From contig OX597826.1 of the NCBI GenBank assembly GCA_951406725.2, positions 49,352,001 to 49,416,000 on the forward strand: a stretch of 64,000 nt of DNA. The letters are read 5' to 3'. The notes below the pieces were generated by a model. It saw only the letters and a list, made by a program, of their open reading frames with translations, was not told the origin of the DNA and ran no database searches. Origin of the DNA: Octopus vulgaris (taxonomy: Eukaryota). The translations under genes were made by a program, and so were the position numbers. How positions within the stretch are numbered: position 1 is the stretch's first letter; each line of letters starts with the position of its first letter. Below are positions 25,603 to 39,699 of this stretch, in pieces.

Positions 25603-27433
25603 GTAAGATTTTATTTTCTCGCCTGTGTAGTTGTCACTGTTTGAATTTCTTGTCCTGTTACACCCTTCCCTTTTTTTTTTCTTTTCCTAAAATGTTTTTG
25701 ATATCTGTTAATATTATTGAACCTTTCATTGGTTTAGCTTGAAATAAAGGTCAATCTTTACAAGAAATAGGAGCTAACTGGTTGTATACCATTTCAAAAT
25801 CAAGCATACTTGATGTATTTATTATCCTTCTCTTATCAAATATTTTGTGCCATCCATCCCAGACCACATACTAACCCCTCTACCTAGTTCTTTCTCCTCC
25901 ACGTTGTCAAACCTCTGGAACTTAGTTCTTAATGGAGATTCCTGTCTAACATCATACCTATCCAGACATTCATCTCCTGTCTCAGGCCCTACACTAACTC
26001 TTTCCCTTTCTCCCCCAGTATGTCATCCCTACCTATGATTTTTCCTGCCCAATACCATCACAACCCAAATTCCACAGAAGAACCAATTTTTTCCTCTAGT
26101 CACACATCCAGTGTCTCTTGTCTCAGGCCCTGCACTCAATCCTGTCTCTCCAGTATATGAACCCTCTGGAATTTACTCCCTGTGTACGACATTCTTGTCC
26201 CACAAACGTTAATATGAAGCAATTCAAGCTGAGCATCCGTTGTATCTATTTCAATGGGGTACAAGGGCTCAGTTGCTACAGAATAAATTTAGAAAAAGGC
26301 TGGACAAAGAACAGCTGATTAGACACCCAATAAATACACTGATTTAAAAAGGAATTTAAGTAAACAAATGACATAGTTCAGATCGTTCCCAAAAGCAGTT
26401 TGTACAACTGGACCAGTGATCCTCAATTATTTTTTACCTATGGACCCCTTTTGTTCCTATCTCACTCTGCTAGACCCCCATGTTAAAAACATCCTATTTT
26501 TACAAAACTATTTGATCTCTTCGTGGAGTATGGAATATTATAAGAAAGCTGAGAATAATTTGTAGATTCAGTTTTCACTTTGGTTTATGAAAAATTGTCC
26601 CAGTTTTTTATGTTTTGTTTGTAATTTTGTATTGTGTATATGTGAACGTATAATAAATACTTTACTATGATTCATGTTTGTGAATGTATTTGTTGCATGT
26701 GACTTCCATTTAAGAAATAGATATGACTTAAGATTTGCCCAACCCTTTTGTAACAGTATTTCTAATGAGCAAACCCTCCAAATGTTTCAATTGATTTTTT
26801 ATATAATTAAGATTTTGGAAGTCTTTAGTAAAAAAATATCATATATCATGTCCGGTGTTTTGGCTCTGAATTTTCACATTATTGTTTTATGTTGTAATAA
26901 AATTTGATCAAGACTTTAAATTAAATATGATTATATTCATATAGGTGTTCTCAGATTGGTAGCTTTTAGGGGTATTAAACCTTTAGTATATGTTCAAACT
27001 GACCAGATCTGACCTCTCACACATACCCTATAATGTTATTACAAAAATAAATGATTTCATCATTGAAATCTCAAAAGCTATGACATAATGCATCATTAAT
27101 CGAAAACAATGTGACAAAAGAAGCATGACATTTAACAGAATAACCTGAATGCTAGCCCTCTAACATTTAAACTTGCCATATCTGGCTAAAATATTCTACC
27201 TGTTTTGTTCAAGCGGGCTAGATTTGGACTCTCATACCTTACTGTCACTCCAATCACATCATTGAAATTTTGGAGTTATGATATATTGTATGATTAATGC
27301 AAAACAATGTGAATAAACAAGCATTACTTTTGACAGAGTAATCTGGATGCTAAAGAGTTAAATAAATAACTGGAATTGATGTCTGTTTAGTTATTCAGTT
27401 ACTTATTTTCTTATTTGCACAGTATTTTTTCGG

Positions 27434-27685
27434 GTAGACTTATCTGTTATGGATCCTACTAACACCTTCGTCAGGAGACAAATATCTCCTGATGAAGATT
27501 CTGACTAGGATGTGAAACAGATGCTCCTAGCTATAGAATCAATATATTTAATCCTTTGTAGACTTACCTGTTTTTTGGTCCTACAAACACCTTCATCAGG
27601 AGACAAATATTTGTCTCCTGATGAAGATTCTGAGTGAGATATGAAACAGATGCTTCTAACTACAGAGTCAATATATTTAACCCTT
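27434..27685. repeat. Tandem dimer (~125-bp units) with divergent CTGATGA/CTGACGA hammerhead-type cores
   Basis: Units start gtagactta at 27434 and 27558. Perfect 36-bp palindrome at 27591-27626. CTGATGA at 27489 and 27618, each followed by GAAACAG. Confidence 0.7.
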
Positions 27686-27710
27686 TAGCATTCATATTAC
27701 TCTGTCCAAT

Positions 27711-27978
27711 GCGGGGTCGTTCCGAAAAGCTCTATCTGCGACGATTTCATCTCAGTCGAAGGAGAGGGGCTTTCTCCATCTGGGTTGCGGATCCGTGGAA
27801 TAAGCTGCCGGACGAGATGGTGAAGATGCCGACAACCTCTCGGTTCAAAGTCTCCCTTGACCACAAGTGGCCTGAACTCTTTACATGAACACCACCCTGT
27901 ACATAACTCCATGTCCCCCTACATGGCCTTGCTTTTTTGCTTTTTGAGCCAAAAAATTAACTAGCTAACTAACTAACT
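27711..27978 (+). mobile_element. CR1-clade LINE 3' end, nested in a TTAA MITE
   Basis: RGRSEKLYLRRFHLSRRRGAFSIWVADPWNKLPDEMV..., (TAAC)n tail; nearly identical to the 3' end of the 43841-44560 copy. Confidence 0.9.
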
Positions 27979-28483
27979 TATGTATTCCCCTTGTTTTGAA
28001 TTAATCGTGCATTATCTCGTAGTTTTAAGATTTTGATTACTGGATTGTTTCCTTTCAGGGAATGTGTGACAGACTGGATTTAGCCAGTGTGAGATTAAAA
28101 CAAATAGAACATTTTGGCCAGATATGGCCAGTTTTGATGCTAATGGATTAAATTATATATCTTAAATTACTTATGTAACCCTTTAGTATTCATCTTGTTT
28201 TAAATTAATCATGTATTATCTTGTAGCTTTGTGATTTCAATTATTCAATTGTTTACTTTTAACATGATACTGTAGGGTAGGTGTTAAGGACTGGATTTGG
28301 CCAGTTTGAACATAAAGCACATAGGACATTTTGGCTGGATATGGTCGGCTTATATATGCTAAAGGATTAAGCTATATATATTATATTGTATGCATTATTT
28401 TGTTAATTAGTTTTTTTCTTCATTTCATAATTGAGAATACCTCATCAATATTTATTTATTTATCTATTTATTTATTTCTGCAG

Positions 28484-28725
28484 GAAGTGAAAATAGCTCA
28501 CCCTATGACACCAACCAATTACTAGGGTCCAATATGTCTGGTAAAGATGGCAAAGATTCAGAATTCCAGGGTAAACTCAAATCCGATGAAACAAACAGTG
28601 AAGACGGAGATGGCAGCGATATTAACGATATTATGTCCGATGTGAGTCTGGACGCTTCATACAGCACGGCTGGCAGCAATAGTTCACACATGCAGCTCGG
28701 CGAAGTTGCAGCATCTGTATCATAG
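28484..28725 (+). CDS. SoxD: SoxD terminal coding exon (acidic/Ser-rich tail, TAG stop)
   Basis: ttatttctgcag|GA (phase 1), (G)SENSSPYDTNQLLGSNMSGKDGKDSEF...EDGDGSDINDIMSD...AASVS*. Confidence 0.85.
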
Positions 28726-30054
28726 CCAACAACATCAATACACAACAACAGAACCTGAATTTAATAGGACTGACTGTCTGTCTGTCTGTCAGTGTGTGTG
28801 TGTGTGTCTGTCCGTCTGTGCTCTCTGATTTGACAATATGGCCCAAGGTGACTGAGAATCTGAGCAGGCCATGACAAAAAAGTAGGGAAAAACATGACAT
28901 TTTGGAAAGAAAAAAAGATAAAATATTGTATATGTGTGTGTGTATGTAAGTATATATATAAATATACATACATCTATATATATGTATGCATATATACACA
29001 CACATCAACAGATTTGTACATTCACGTGTATGTGCAAGCAGAAATGCCTATATATATATTTACATATATATTGACAGATCATCCATATATATATATATTC
29101 TTCCAGACTATTGGAACTGGTTTCTTCTATTAAACAAACAAATAAATGAAAGAAACTCAAGAAATTAAGTAATGATGATGATAATAATAATTATTATTGG
29201 TATTATTATTATTATTATTATTATTAATATTATTATTATTAATGAACAATTGCAATTATAAACAAAAAAAAGATTTATAAGTGGACAATGAGGTGATTGG
29301 AAATGGAAAAGAATGTCAAACTTTAAAAACAAAATCTAAATAAATAAATAATAATATCAATAAATTATAATAAAAATAATAAAATTAATGATAATAATTA
29401 TTATTATTATTTTATTATTATTCAAAAAAACAAAAAAGAGAAATAGGAATTAATTTTTTTCCAGAAAGACAAAGAAATAAAAAATTTTAAAAATCAGTGA
29501 CAAATGCAAATTAAAAGTTATTAAAAAACTAAAAACAAGAAAAAGACAATTGAAAAAAATTATATTAAGAAAAAGCAAAACAATAACAATGAAATTGAAT
29601 TATGGTTTAAAAAAATAACAGAGAGACAGTGAAAACAAAACTGTTCAACAAGAAAAAAACACATTTTTCTTATTCTCCCCCCACCTCCCATATCATTTTG
29701 TTTTTGTTTTATTTTTGTTTGTTTTTTTTAATTTCTTTTGGCAGAAGTTGAAGAATGCAATTTGGTTCTTGGTTTAACTTTAATGCCATTGCCATCTATG
29801 ACCCCGTTACTTGTCTCTATTTTTTTTTTATTTTGTGTTTTTTCTTGCTTTTTTTTTTCAAGAAAAGAAGAAGAAAAATACAGGACCCTTATTCCATATT
29901 CATGTCTGTGCTTCCAACACTACCCAAATCCTCATTCTTTTATATATTTTTTTTTGTTGTTGTTGTTTTCCTCTGTTGAAACCCCTACTTTCCTCTTCAG
30001 TCACCCATCACAGAAACCAGACGTAAACACACATGCATACATACATAGTCATAA

Positions 30055-30097
<43 letters not shown>

Positions 30098-30336
30098 GAA
30101 CACACATAGACACAGTAAATGCAAGATGATTAGCAATGACAAAGCTGGCTTTTATGTTTGTCAGTGCATCATAAACATTACTACTGCAACTAAATAATAA
30201 TAATAATAATGATAATAATAATAAATATTCGAATAATAAGGATTATGAAAGCATTTTGGTTTCTTTGTTTTAATTATTTGAAAACATTCAACAATACTTA
30301 TTTGAATTCCTCACACACTCAGTTTATTTCATTCAC

Positions 30337-30372
<36 letters not shown>

Positions 30373-33300
30373 AATTATTCATTCATTCATTCATTCAATT
30401 GGTTTCTTGTAATATTTTTAGCTAGATTAGTTCAAATGCAAGGAAACTCATCTCACCAAAAGTCTGCAATACTAACAAACCTTCCAGGAATGTGGTTCTG
30501 TCTGTGGGCAGACACCTTGAACTGTACTCAGGGGGGAGTTAAACAATGATGTTTTTTTTTTTTCCTTTTTCTCCTTTCTTTTCTCTCTCTCTCTTTAGCT
30601 CGTTAATGCTACCCCAGAGTTCCTTCAACATTGCATTTCAGCTCTTACGACAGAAAACCGCATAAATTAGTCAACAGACAGAACAAGACAGAAAACTTCA
30701 TCCATGAGTGCTAGTCAGATTGAGATGGTTTTTGTTTTTTTCATCTGCAACATTGTGTGTGTTTTGTGATAACTAACAATAAGAACTTTAATAGTCACGT
30801 GTTTTGCTGTTCCATTCTTCTGCACAGCATTCTGGACAGAAATAAGCCTTTTTGCTATAGCCTTTGGCTAACAAATACTTTGGGAGTGAAATTGGTGAAT
30901 GGAAACTGGGAACCCTTAGCAGAAGCATTAGAACATTGGGAGTGCCACGGTCAAACTTTGTCCACTCATCCTTTCAGGGTTGATAAAATACCAATCAAGT
31001 ACTGAGATTGATGGTATCAACTAACCCATCCTCCCCATGAAATCGCTGGTCCTGTGCCAAAATGTGAAAGCATAGTGTGGCATGATGAGTATTAACACTA
31101 TTTGGAAACAGGTGCAGGTCAGTAACAAGAAACGTCCACTGGGTGAATACTGGCTCAATAAGTTTTCTCCAACCAACACCAGCATGGAAAAATTATTAAT
31201 GAGGACATTCATATATATATATATACCTTGCGCTTGGAAATAGGTGAGTGTTGGCAACAGGGAAGTGTCCAGCTGTAGAAAATCTGCCTAAGTGAATTCT
31301 CTCTGACCCTGGCAAGCATGGAAAAGTGGACATTAAAACGTATGATGCACTGGACATGGAGTGTTGAAGCACAGAAGGTATGAATTGGCAACATATAGGG
31401 CAGTGATTGGCAGAATTGGTAGAGCAATTGTTAAACAAATACCTTGCTGTATTTAGTTTGCTCTGTGTTCTAACCCTGCTGGACTTTTCTTTTGCCTTTC
31501 ATTCTTTCCAGAGCCAATATAAAATAGTACCAATCAAGCTGTTAGTGTAGTATAATTGATCATATTCCTCCCGGTAAAATGTTATGAGCTTATGTGTTAG
31601 TAGTATTTGCCAGTGGCTATATCAGTAGAGAGCAAACCCTTTGAGGACCTAGGTAAAATCAAGGGTGTCAAAAACTAACTAACAAACAAAACAATAGTGT
31701 TCTCATACATACATAACATGTAATAAAGGTATGAAGTATTGAACAAGACCCTTCCAGAAGTATCTTACTCCTCTTGACTTTCTCCGTACCTGGAATTTTT
31801 TTTTTTTTTTTATGTTATTGGCCCAATTTTTATTCAGTATGTAAATGCCACTTGTTTCCAGTAAAAGAGGTCAAGTAATGAAACCAATTTCTAATTGGCA
31901 TAAAAAGTTCATTATAGTTATCATCATCATTATTATTATTATGAATAATAATAATAAGGCAGCGAGCTGGCAGAATCATTAGCAGACTGGGTGAAATGCT
32001 TAGTGGTATTTCACCCATCGCTATGTTCTGAGTTCAAATTCCACTAAGGTCGACTTTACCTTTCATCCTTTCGGGGGTCAGTGTAATAAGCTAGTCCCTT
32101 TCCTCACAATTTCAGGCCTTGTACCTATAGTAAAAAGGATTACTACTACTACTGCTATTACTACTACTACAAAGTTTTTGCAGATTCAGTTGAATTAAAT
32201 CTGCAAAATCTTTCCTTGTTTCCTCTTGGAACCATTTTTTTAAACTTGAGAATGACATGAACTTTAAATCTTCCAAACTTGCCTGCTGTCCCTATAAGTT
32301 TATTTCAAATACCTTTGTTTCTCTCTATAAGCACTATGAAAATCAAAAAAAAAAATCAATCTTTATTTTATTCAAATAATTTTCTCACATGATTGATATT
32401 ATTATTAACATCACAATCATCATCATCATCATCATCCTCCTCATGAATATATAATATTTACTATTTATTTTGCTAACTTTCATTTCATGACTGTAAACTT
32501 GTCATTGGTTCCCTCTGCCCTCTATATAAGCTAAAAGACATAACATGACCAAACCAATTATAGACTAACACAAAGCAAGATTTAATCTCTCTTATTTGTG
32601 TTCAATTGAAAAGAATTGGTTGTGACCAGATTAAGATGGATTCCACAAATTATAAACAATTGACTTCCTGCTGCACCTATCCCTTCCCCCAACCCACCAC
32701 CTTGTGACATCTCCACTAAGAGAGAAAGAGACACAGGGACAGCTGAAGGTCTGAGAGGATACTGTCTTGGAACAAGCTATCTCTTCGACTAGTAGCTGAA
32801 GTTGTGTAGTTCTTTTGTGTTTTTTTTTTTTTTGGTTTTCAACTTAGTTTTTTTTTTTTTTAAATAAATCTTTAAAAAGTTTTTTTTTTTCTCAAAATTT
32901 TTCTTATAGAATATAAAAAAAGAAATGGTTGATTCTATAAATGTCATTGTGTAGATGTTTCAAATTTTGTCTAAGTGACAGTACAAGAGTTCGGACACCT
33001 TGAGAGAGAAAGAAAGATTTGGAGATATCAAGCACCATCAGTGGTTCATTAGCCATTTATGGAATGGAACTTTCGCAATTCCACTTTAGTGATGTCTTGT
33101 AAACAGTACAACCAAGAAAATGAATTTCTATACCTCAAAAGAAATCTTATGCAAACACTGCAAGGATTTTAGTCTTAAACATTATACCTGGTACCTGTTC
33201 TGTGGCTATCGGCAATGCATTATTGCTTGTACTTCATGCTATTAGTTCCCATTTGTTCATTGTTCTCTGAAGGTTATTAGCCATCAAGGTGCTTGGGCTT

Positions 33301-34190
33301 CTGAATTCTTTCTTTCTTTTATTTCTGTGTTTGTTTATTTGTTTCTTAAGAAAAGGCCCCCTTTCTTTCCATTAAAAAAAAAAATTAAAATAGATTTCAT
33401 TTTTGAAATTCTTAATTGGTTCAACTAATCATTAGACCATTTTTATTTACTGATTTGACATTCTGCAATATTTGCAAATAAATCGATCAACATTAACTGC
33501 TAACAGAAAATAACTTTCCTGACCCCCCCACCACCAAAAACCAAACCACGCCCAACTAATCAATCATAAATACTAGTAATGCAAGAAAACTAATGACATT
33601 CTTGAGGTACCGATATTTTTTTTCTTAACTTTGACAGCTGCAGTTTTGTTGGGGTGAACAAACACTCTCCCCTTTTTTATTACTGTAGAGCTAAATTTGG
33701 GGTTTCAATAAAAAAGAAACAAAAAACTTTTGACCTCAGTCTTGGAAAAAGAAGCTATGCATTTTGTGTGTGCGTGTGTGTATGTTACCTAATTGTGGTG
33801 GCAGGAATCTTGCCCCTTCTCCAAAAGTTAACACAAACTAACAGCATTCTTTGATGATGATGATGATGATGATGATGATATTGATAGTGATGTTGATAAT
33901 ATCTAGTCCATTATTCTACTGGACTCTGTTCTAAGAATCAAAATAAAGGCACCCCCTTACATACAATAGAACTAAAGTTACTACAAGTGCTTAATTAGCC
34001 GAGCAAAAAAACTTCACATTTTCTATAATTATTTCTGAGTTGAAATATGTGAGTAAACGACATGATATCACATGGATCCTCCTCTTCTTGTGTAGTGGTT
34101 CCCTATTAGAGAAGAAATAAGGAATCAGTCACTCTTTAAGATTTAATGTATAGTGATATGTTTGCCTTACAACCTATACACACATGTATG

Positions 34191-34240
<50 letters not shown>

Positions 34241-36690
34241 CATGCATGCATTCATGTACAGATGTGTGTTGGTTGTAATACCTTGGCCAAAGATTGGTCC
34301 AGACCATGTCTAACTTAATAGCACCACCAGAAAAGAGAATCTGTTCAGTCATTTTAAGACAAGCTTTGTAGTATCATGGCCCATTCATATGCCAATTATG
34401 TAGAATTGTCTGAAACTAATGGAAATAATGAATTCATTAAAACCCCCTTCATCATTAAGCTGGTGTTTAGGACATAAATTATCATGAAATTTTGATAAAA
34501 GGCTTAATTTAGTTCACTTAAAACATTAAGTTTATATCACAGAGGGGCAGTGTAAAGTGAATTGGAAGAAAGGGGTTGACTTAATTTGTACATTTAATAA
34601 TAATTATATTTCTGCTGAAAATCTATCATTAACTATTAAAAATATAAATCTTATGCCAATTTTTAGTTAACAGGTTCATCCTTTTTTGTTGAATATTTAC
34701 TCAACAATAAAAATTTTTCCTTAGTTCTGTTTACTTTTTAACTACAAAATATCCCTGGGAAATAATTATTTTTAATTCAAACTGAGTTTTTGGTGGGGTG
34801 GGGGTAAATATATTTTGTCAATTGAATCTTGAATCTCTGCTTTCAAGTTAGGCATGATATTAGAATTAGAGAAATGTCTTGAAGAAATCCTATTTCCATA
34901 TCATCAATCAAAAGAATGGTTTGGAAATACTTTTTATGGTGTTCTAATATTGCTCAAACTAATGTGTTATGTGTACATAGGAGAGGAATGCAATCTGTTC
35001 ATTGATCGTAACTTGAACAGGTCATTTCACTCACTTGTGCTTTTGCTTCAGGTTAGGTGGCTTTGGTAAAAATATTAGAATTATATATACATATATATAT
35101 CTATGATATATATGTGTGTGTGTGCAGGCATGGCTATGTGGTTAAGAAAGCCATGTAGTTTTTATATGCAATTCCACAGCATGGCAGCTTAGGCAAATGT
35201 CTTTTTTTAACCCTGGGCTAATCAAAGCCTTGTGGGTGGATTTGATAGGCAGAAACTAAAAGAAGCCCATTGAATGCGTGTGCATATATATGTATGTGCA
35301 TGTTTGTGTTGACATTGTGTGATGGTTGTAAACGAGCTTCACCTTCATACAAGTGGTGTCATTCATTTCCACTCTTTCAGGCAAACATGTCTGGGCCAGG
35401 GGCAAATATTACCTTACTTGGGAGACAGGTGGGAGTTATCAGCAGGAAGGATATGCAGATGTTGAAAATCTGTTTCAACAAATTCCATCTGAGGAAAGTT
35501 TCAACTGACTATTATTCGCTTTGGTAAAGTTGCATGTAGTAGAACAAAATGGTTAGGTTCCTTCCTAGGAATACTGAAGTGGAAAATAACAGTGGTTCAA
35601 TATAACGCAGCGTAAGTTTCTTTTAAGTTCGCTTAAGTCAAATGTTCTGTTTATTTGGAATGGGTCAAACCACCTGAAAAGGAAAAAAATATGCAGATCT
35701 TGTGGGGTTTTTTTTAATTATTATTATTAACCTTACACCAACAGGTTACTTATGAATGAAAGAATGAATGAAACATAATAGAGTTTTTAGGACAAATTCA
35801 GTCCCAGAAAAATAAAACTATTTATATTTTTATATATACTTGACCTGTCTGTTAAATATTATTTTTTTTTTTTTAAACTAAAGATATCTGACTCTTCTCA
35901 CCCCGATATATTTAATTTCTATGGGGAGAAAAAGAAACCCAACAAAACAAATAATATATTCCATTTAAAAAAAAATCAACAAAAAGAAAACCACTAATTA
36001 GAATGAGAGATTAACTCTTCATTAGTATTCCAATCATAGCGAAAAAAATTTTTTTTTTTCCAAACGTTATTATATATTAAATTTCATTTTATTTAATTAA
36101 AAAATCTTTCTTACAAAAATTTAATTATTTTTTACCTTGTAATATCTGGGTTCCAAGTGAAAAAAAAAAAATAAAATAAACCATTGAAAAAAAAATGTTC
36201 TGAATGTTAAGTTAATTGTTCAGTTGAAGAATTTTTTAATTTTTTTTTCTTTTGGAGATGTTAGAAAAAGATGAAACTAACTCCAATATAAACAAGGGTA
36301 TTCCGTTGTTTTTTTTTTTCATCCCAAAAAAGGCTGGGGGGAGGGGTGTCTGTTGGAGAGTTCATTTTTTTTTTATCAAATTTCAGTTGGATTTATCCCC
36401 CTTTTTTTTTTAAATTTGACTAAGAACTGCACAAAAGCTGGAGTTCAAGCAAAGAATAATAATAATAATAAACACAGTATTTTCTAGTTTTTTCTTTTTT
36501 TTTTTTTTTTTTGACAGTGCACAAAGTAACTCTTTAGCACTAAATTCACCTATAAACTTTTCAAATTTACCAAAAAAAAAAACAACAACAAAGCAAAAAA
36601 AACAAGACAAGAAGAAATAAACAAAAGACTCATCAAAATCTCAAACAAAAACCTTAATAAAGATGTTTCTCTGTTTTTTATTATTACTTT
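28726..36690 (+). other. Probable long 3' UTR of SoxD
   Basis: Follows the stop codon, is A/U-run rich and carries few intact TEs. Ends near AATAAA at 36616 and 36656 followed by a U/GU-rich tract, after which TE density rises sharply. The extent is inferred. Confidence 0.4.
36656..36661 (+). promoter_or_regulatory. Candidate polyadenylation signal
   Basis: AATAAA followed by gatgtttctctgttttttattattactttcttttt. Confidence 0.35.
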
Positions 36691-36735
36691 CTTTTTATTT
36701 TTTATTTGTCTTGCTTTATTTTATCGTGCTTGTGT

Positions 36736-37650
36736 GAGGTATGGCTGTGTGGTCAGTACCTTACTTCCCAACTTCATGGTTCTCAGTTCAGTCCCACTGC
36801 ATGACACCCTGGGCAAATGTCTTGTACTCTAGCCTCGGATCAACAAAAGCCATGCAAGTGGATTTGGTAGATGGAAACTGAAAGAAGCCCATAGGCACAG
36901 GAGTGGCTGTGTGGCAAGTAGCTTACCAACCACATGGTTCTGGGTTCATTCCCACTGCGTGGCACCTTGGGCAAGTTTCTTCTACTATAGCCTCGGGCCG
37001 ACCAAAGCCTTGTGAGTGGATTTGGTAGATGGAAACTGAAAGAAGCCCATCAAGTATAATATATATATATTATATATAGGCACAGGAGTGGCTGTGTGGC
37101 AAGTAGCTTGCTTACCAACCACATGGTTCTGGGTTCATTCCCACTGCGTGGCATCTTGGGCAAGTGTCTTCTACTATAGCCTCGGGCCGACCAAAGCCTT
37201 GTGAGTGGATTTGGTAGATGGAAACTGAAAGAAGCCCGTCGTATATATATATATATACATATATGTGCATGTTTGTCCTCCGCAACATTGCTTGACAACC
37301 GATGCTGGTGTTTACGTCTCCGGCACTTAGCAGTTCGGCAAGAGAGAATGATAGAATAAGTCCTGGGGTCGATTTGCTCGACTAAAGGCGGTGCTTCAGC
37401 ATGGCCACAGTCAAATGACTGAAACAAGTAAAAGATATATGTATGTATATCTATGTGTTTACTCACCCCCACCACTTCACAACTGGTGATGGTGTGTTTA
37501 TGTCCCTGTAACTTAGCAGTTTGGCAAAAGATACTGATAAGGTAAGTACCAGGCTTAACAAAAAGAATAAATATGGGAGTCGATTTGTTCAACTAAAAAT
37601 TCTTCAAAGTGGTACCCCAGCATGGCCGCAGACTAATGACTGAAGCAAGT
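36736..37650 (+). mobile_element. SINE family A cluster (three tandem heads, two tails)
   Basis: Heads at ~36736, 36893 and 37078; tails ending ~37433 and ~37650. Confidence 0.85.
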
Positions 37651-38412
37651 AAATGATAAACATAGATAGTTATCGCTTTGCAATTGTTTGGGATGCAGTT
37701 CCAGTGCATGCTACCTCAGATAAGTGTCTTCTACAATAGTTACAGATAGTGCAATGCGATAAGAGTGAATTTGGTAGCTGGCAGAAACGTTAGCACGCCG
37801 GGCGAAATGCTTAGCGGTATTTCGTCTGCTGCTACGTTCTGAGTTTAAATTCTGCCGAGGTCGACTTTGCCTTTCATCCTTTCGGGGTCGATTAAATAGG
37901 TACCAGTTACGCACTGGGGTAGAAATAATCGACTTAATCCGCTTGTTTGTCCTCTCTGTGTTTAGCCCCTTGTGGGTAGTAAAGAAATTGGTTTATGGCA
38001 AATGAATGAGAATGGGATGCCGAACAGATGTACATGACATGGCTTTTTTTATTGAAAAAGAAATTGTCTCACAACTTGAATCTCATTCCACATCCATGCC
38101 TGAAAATTGCAGTGGCATGAAAACCGATTTGCAAGATGCACTCTCAGTTTCAATTGAAGAATTACATACATATAATATATGCAGGTGTTTACAGCTGCAT
38201 GAAAATGCATGTTATCTACTCAATAAATTATCTGCCAGCTCATCACTTTCAGAATGTGGAATAAAAACTCTTACTTGAGAAACAAATGAAGGTTAGCGAT
38301 AGGATGAGCATGCATCTATAAAACTTTGCCTCAATAATATATAATCATCATAAAATTCATAATATCTTGGAAAAATAGACTGATCATGAACGAATGTATA
38401 TATATATATATG

Positions 38413-38523
<111 letters not shown>

Positions 38524-39699
38524 GTGTGTCTTCTTTTGCTTTCAGTACGTGTGAGGTTATGAAATAATATTTAAAAATTTTGTTGAAAATAAAAGATGGC
38601 GAGTCAAAGTTCAGATTTGAGAATAAGCTACTTATGGAAACGAAAATCTACAAATTGGATTTTGAAATTGGAAGCTTTAAACTTCAGGACTCCACTGTTA
38701 TATTGGACATACTAGTACAATACTCTCTCGTAGGTTCGCGATGCATTTACCAGAAGCAGTCGCAACACTCTATACCACACACTACAAGACAAAAAGCAAG
38801 AGGATAAAATAGATTCATTATGAAAGCCACACTCATATCTCAACACAATGCCAAAATAAACACGCTGCACAAACATTACCAAATTAACACATGGCTTCTG
38901 ATATGGAAACCTAACGGTCAAAACATTTGGCAACAAAACAATAACACATGACTGTTGATGTGGAAACCTAAAGGTAACAAAAGGAAAAGTCTTTGGCATA
39001 AAAGACTACAAAATTTTAACCAGAATATATGGCGCAACGCAGACGCCAAATCTATTTCAATTCTTGGAAATGAGAAAGTGAAGGTCTGGAAACGTTGAAT
39101 ATGGTTTTAGGAAGTTTATTGTTCCAAACAAAGTGCAAGAATCAGGTACGAAAGTATTAGAAAATCTGTAAAAGATAACCGGTATCACAATCGTGTGTTA
39201 ATGAAACATGCATACTTACACACACATACTCAAAAACGCTTATTCTTTTTGCTGTGATCCGGCGGTAGAATGCCTGTCATATTTAGAGATGTGAGTTCGA
39301 GTCCCTCGGGCAGCCTTCTACCTTTTCTATCCAAAAGGTTTTTAACTCAGTATTAAAACGCTGTTACTTAAAGATAGTTTTACTTTCTTCGAGAGTCACC
39401 GTTCCTAAAAAAAAAAAGAGTTATTTCACGAAGTTTCTAAATTCTTACGACGTTTACAACATATATATTAATGTTCGTCTTATGTCGAGTTAAAAACAAA
39501 AACAATTTAACACGAAGCTAAAGAATTACTCAGCAGTTGTTATTATTCATCTGGAAGCCGCTACGTATTCACTCGACCTGCCAGAAATAGCAGCTAAAAT
39601 TTTAATTTCGCTAACTCAAACAAGGAAGGACAAATTGGGTAAAAATCGAGATGTTCAAAGCTCAGTGCTTAACAATAACATTTCGACAGTGGCTAAGAA

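Larger units (their letters stand above)
26975..28370. mobile_element. Cluster of piggyBac-type (TTAA) MITEs
   Basis: Ends of the form TTAA-CCCTTTAGCAT / ATGCTAAAG(A/G)G-TTAA at 26975, 27347-27361, 27677, ~28150, ~28176 and ~28370. Confidence 0.65.

Noticed and set aside
38580-38999. 75-aa and 95-aa ORFs in complex sequence
   Set aside because: No recognisable domain or splice structure; possibly decayed TE sequence, but it cannot be assigned.
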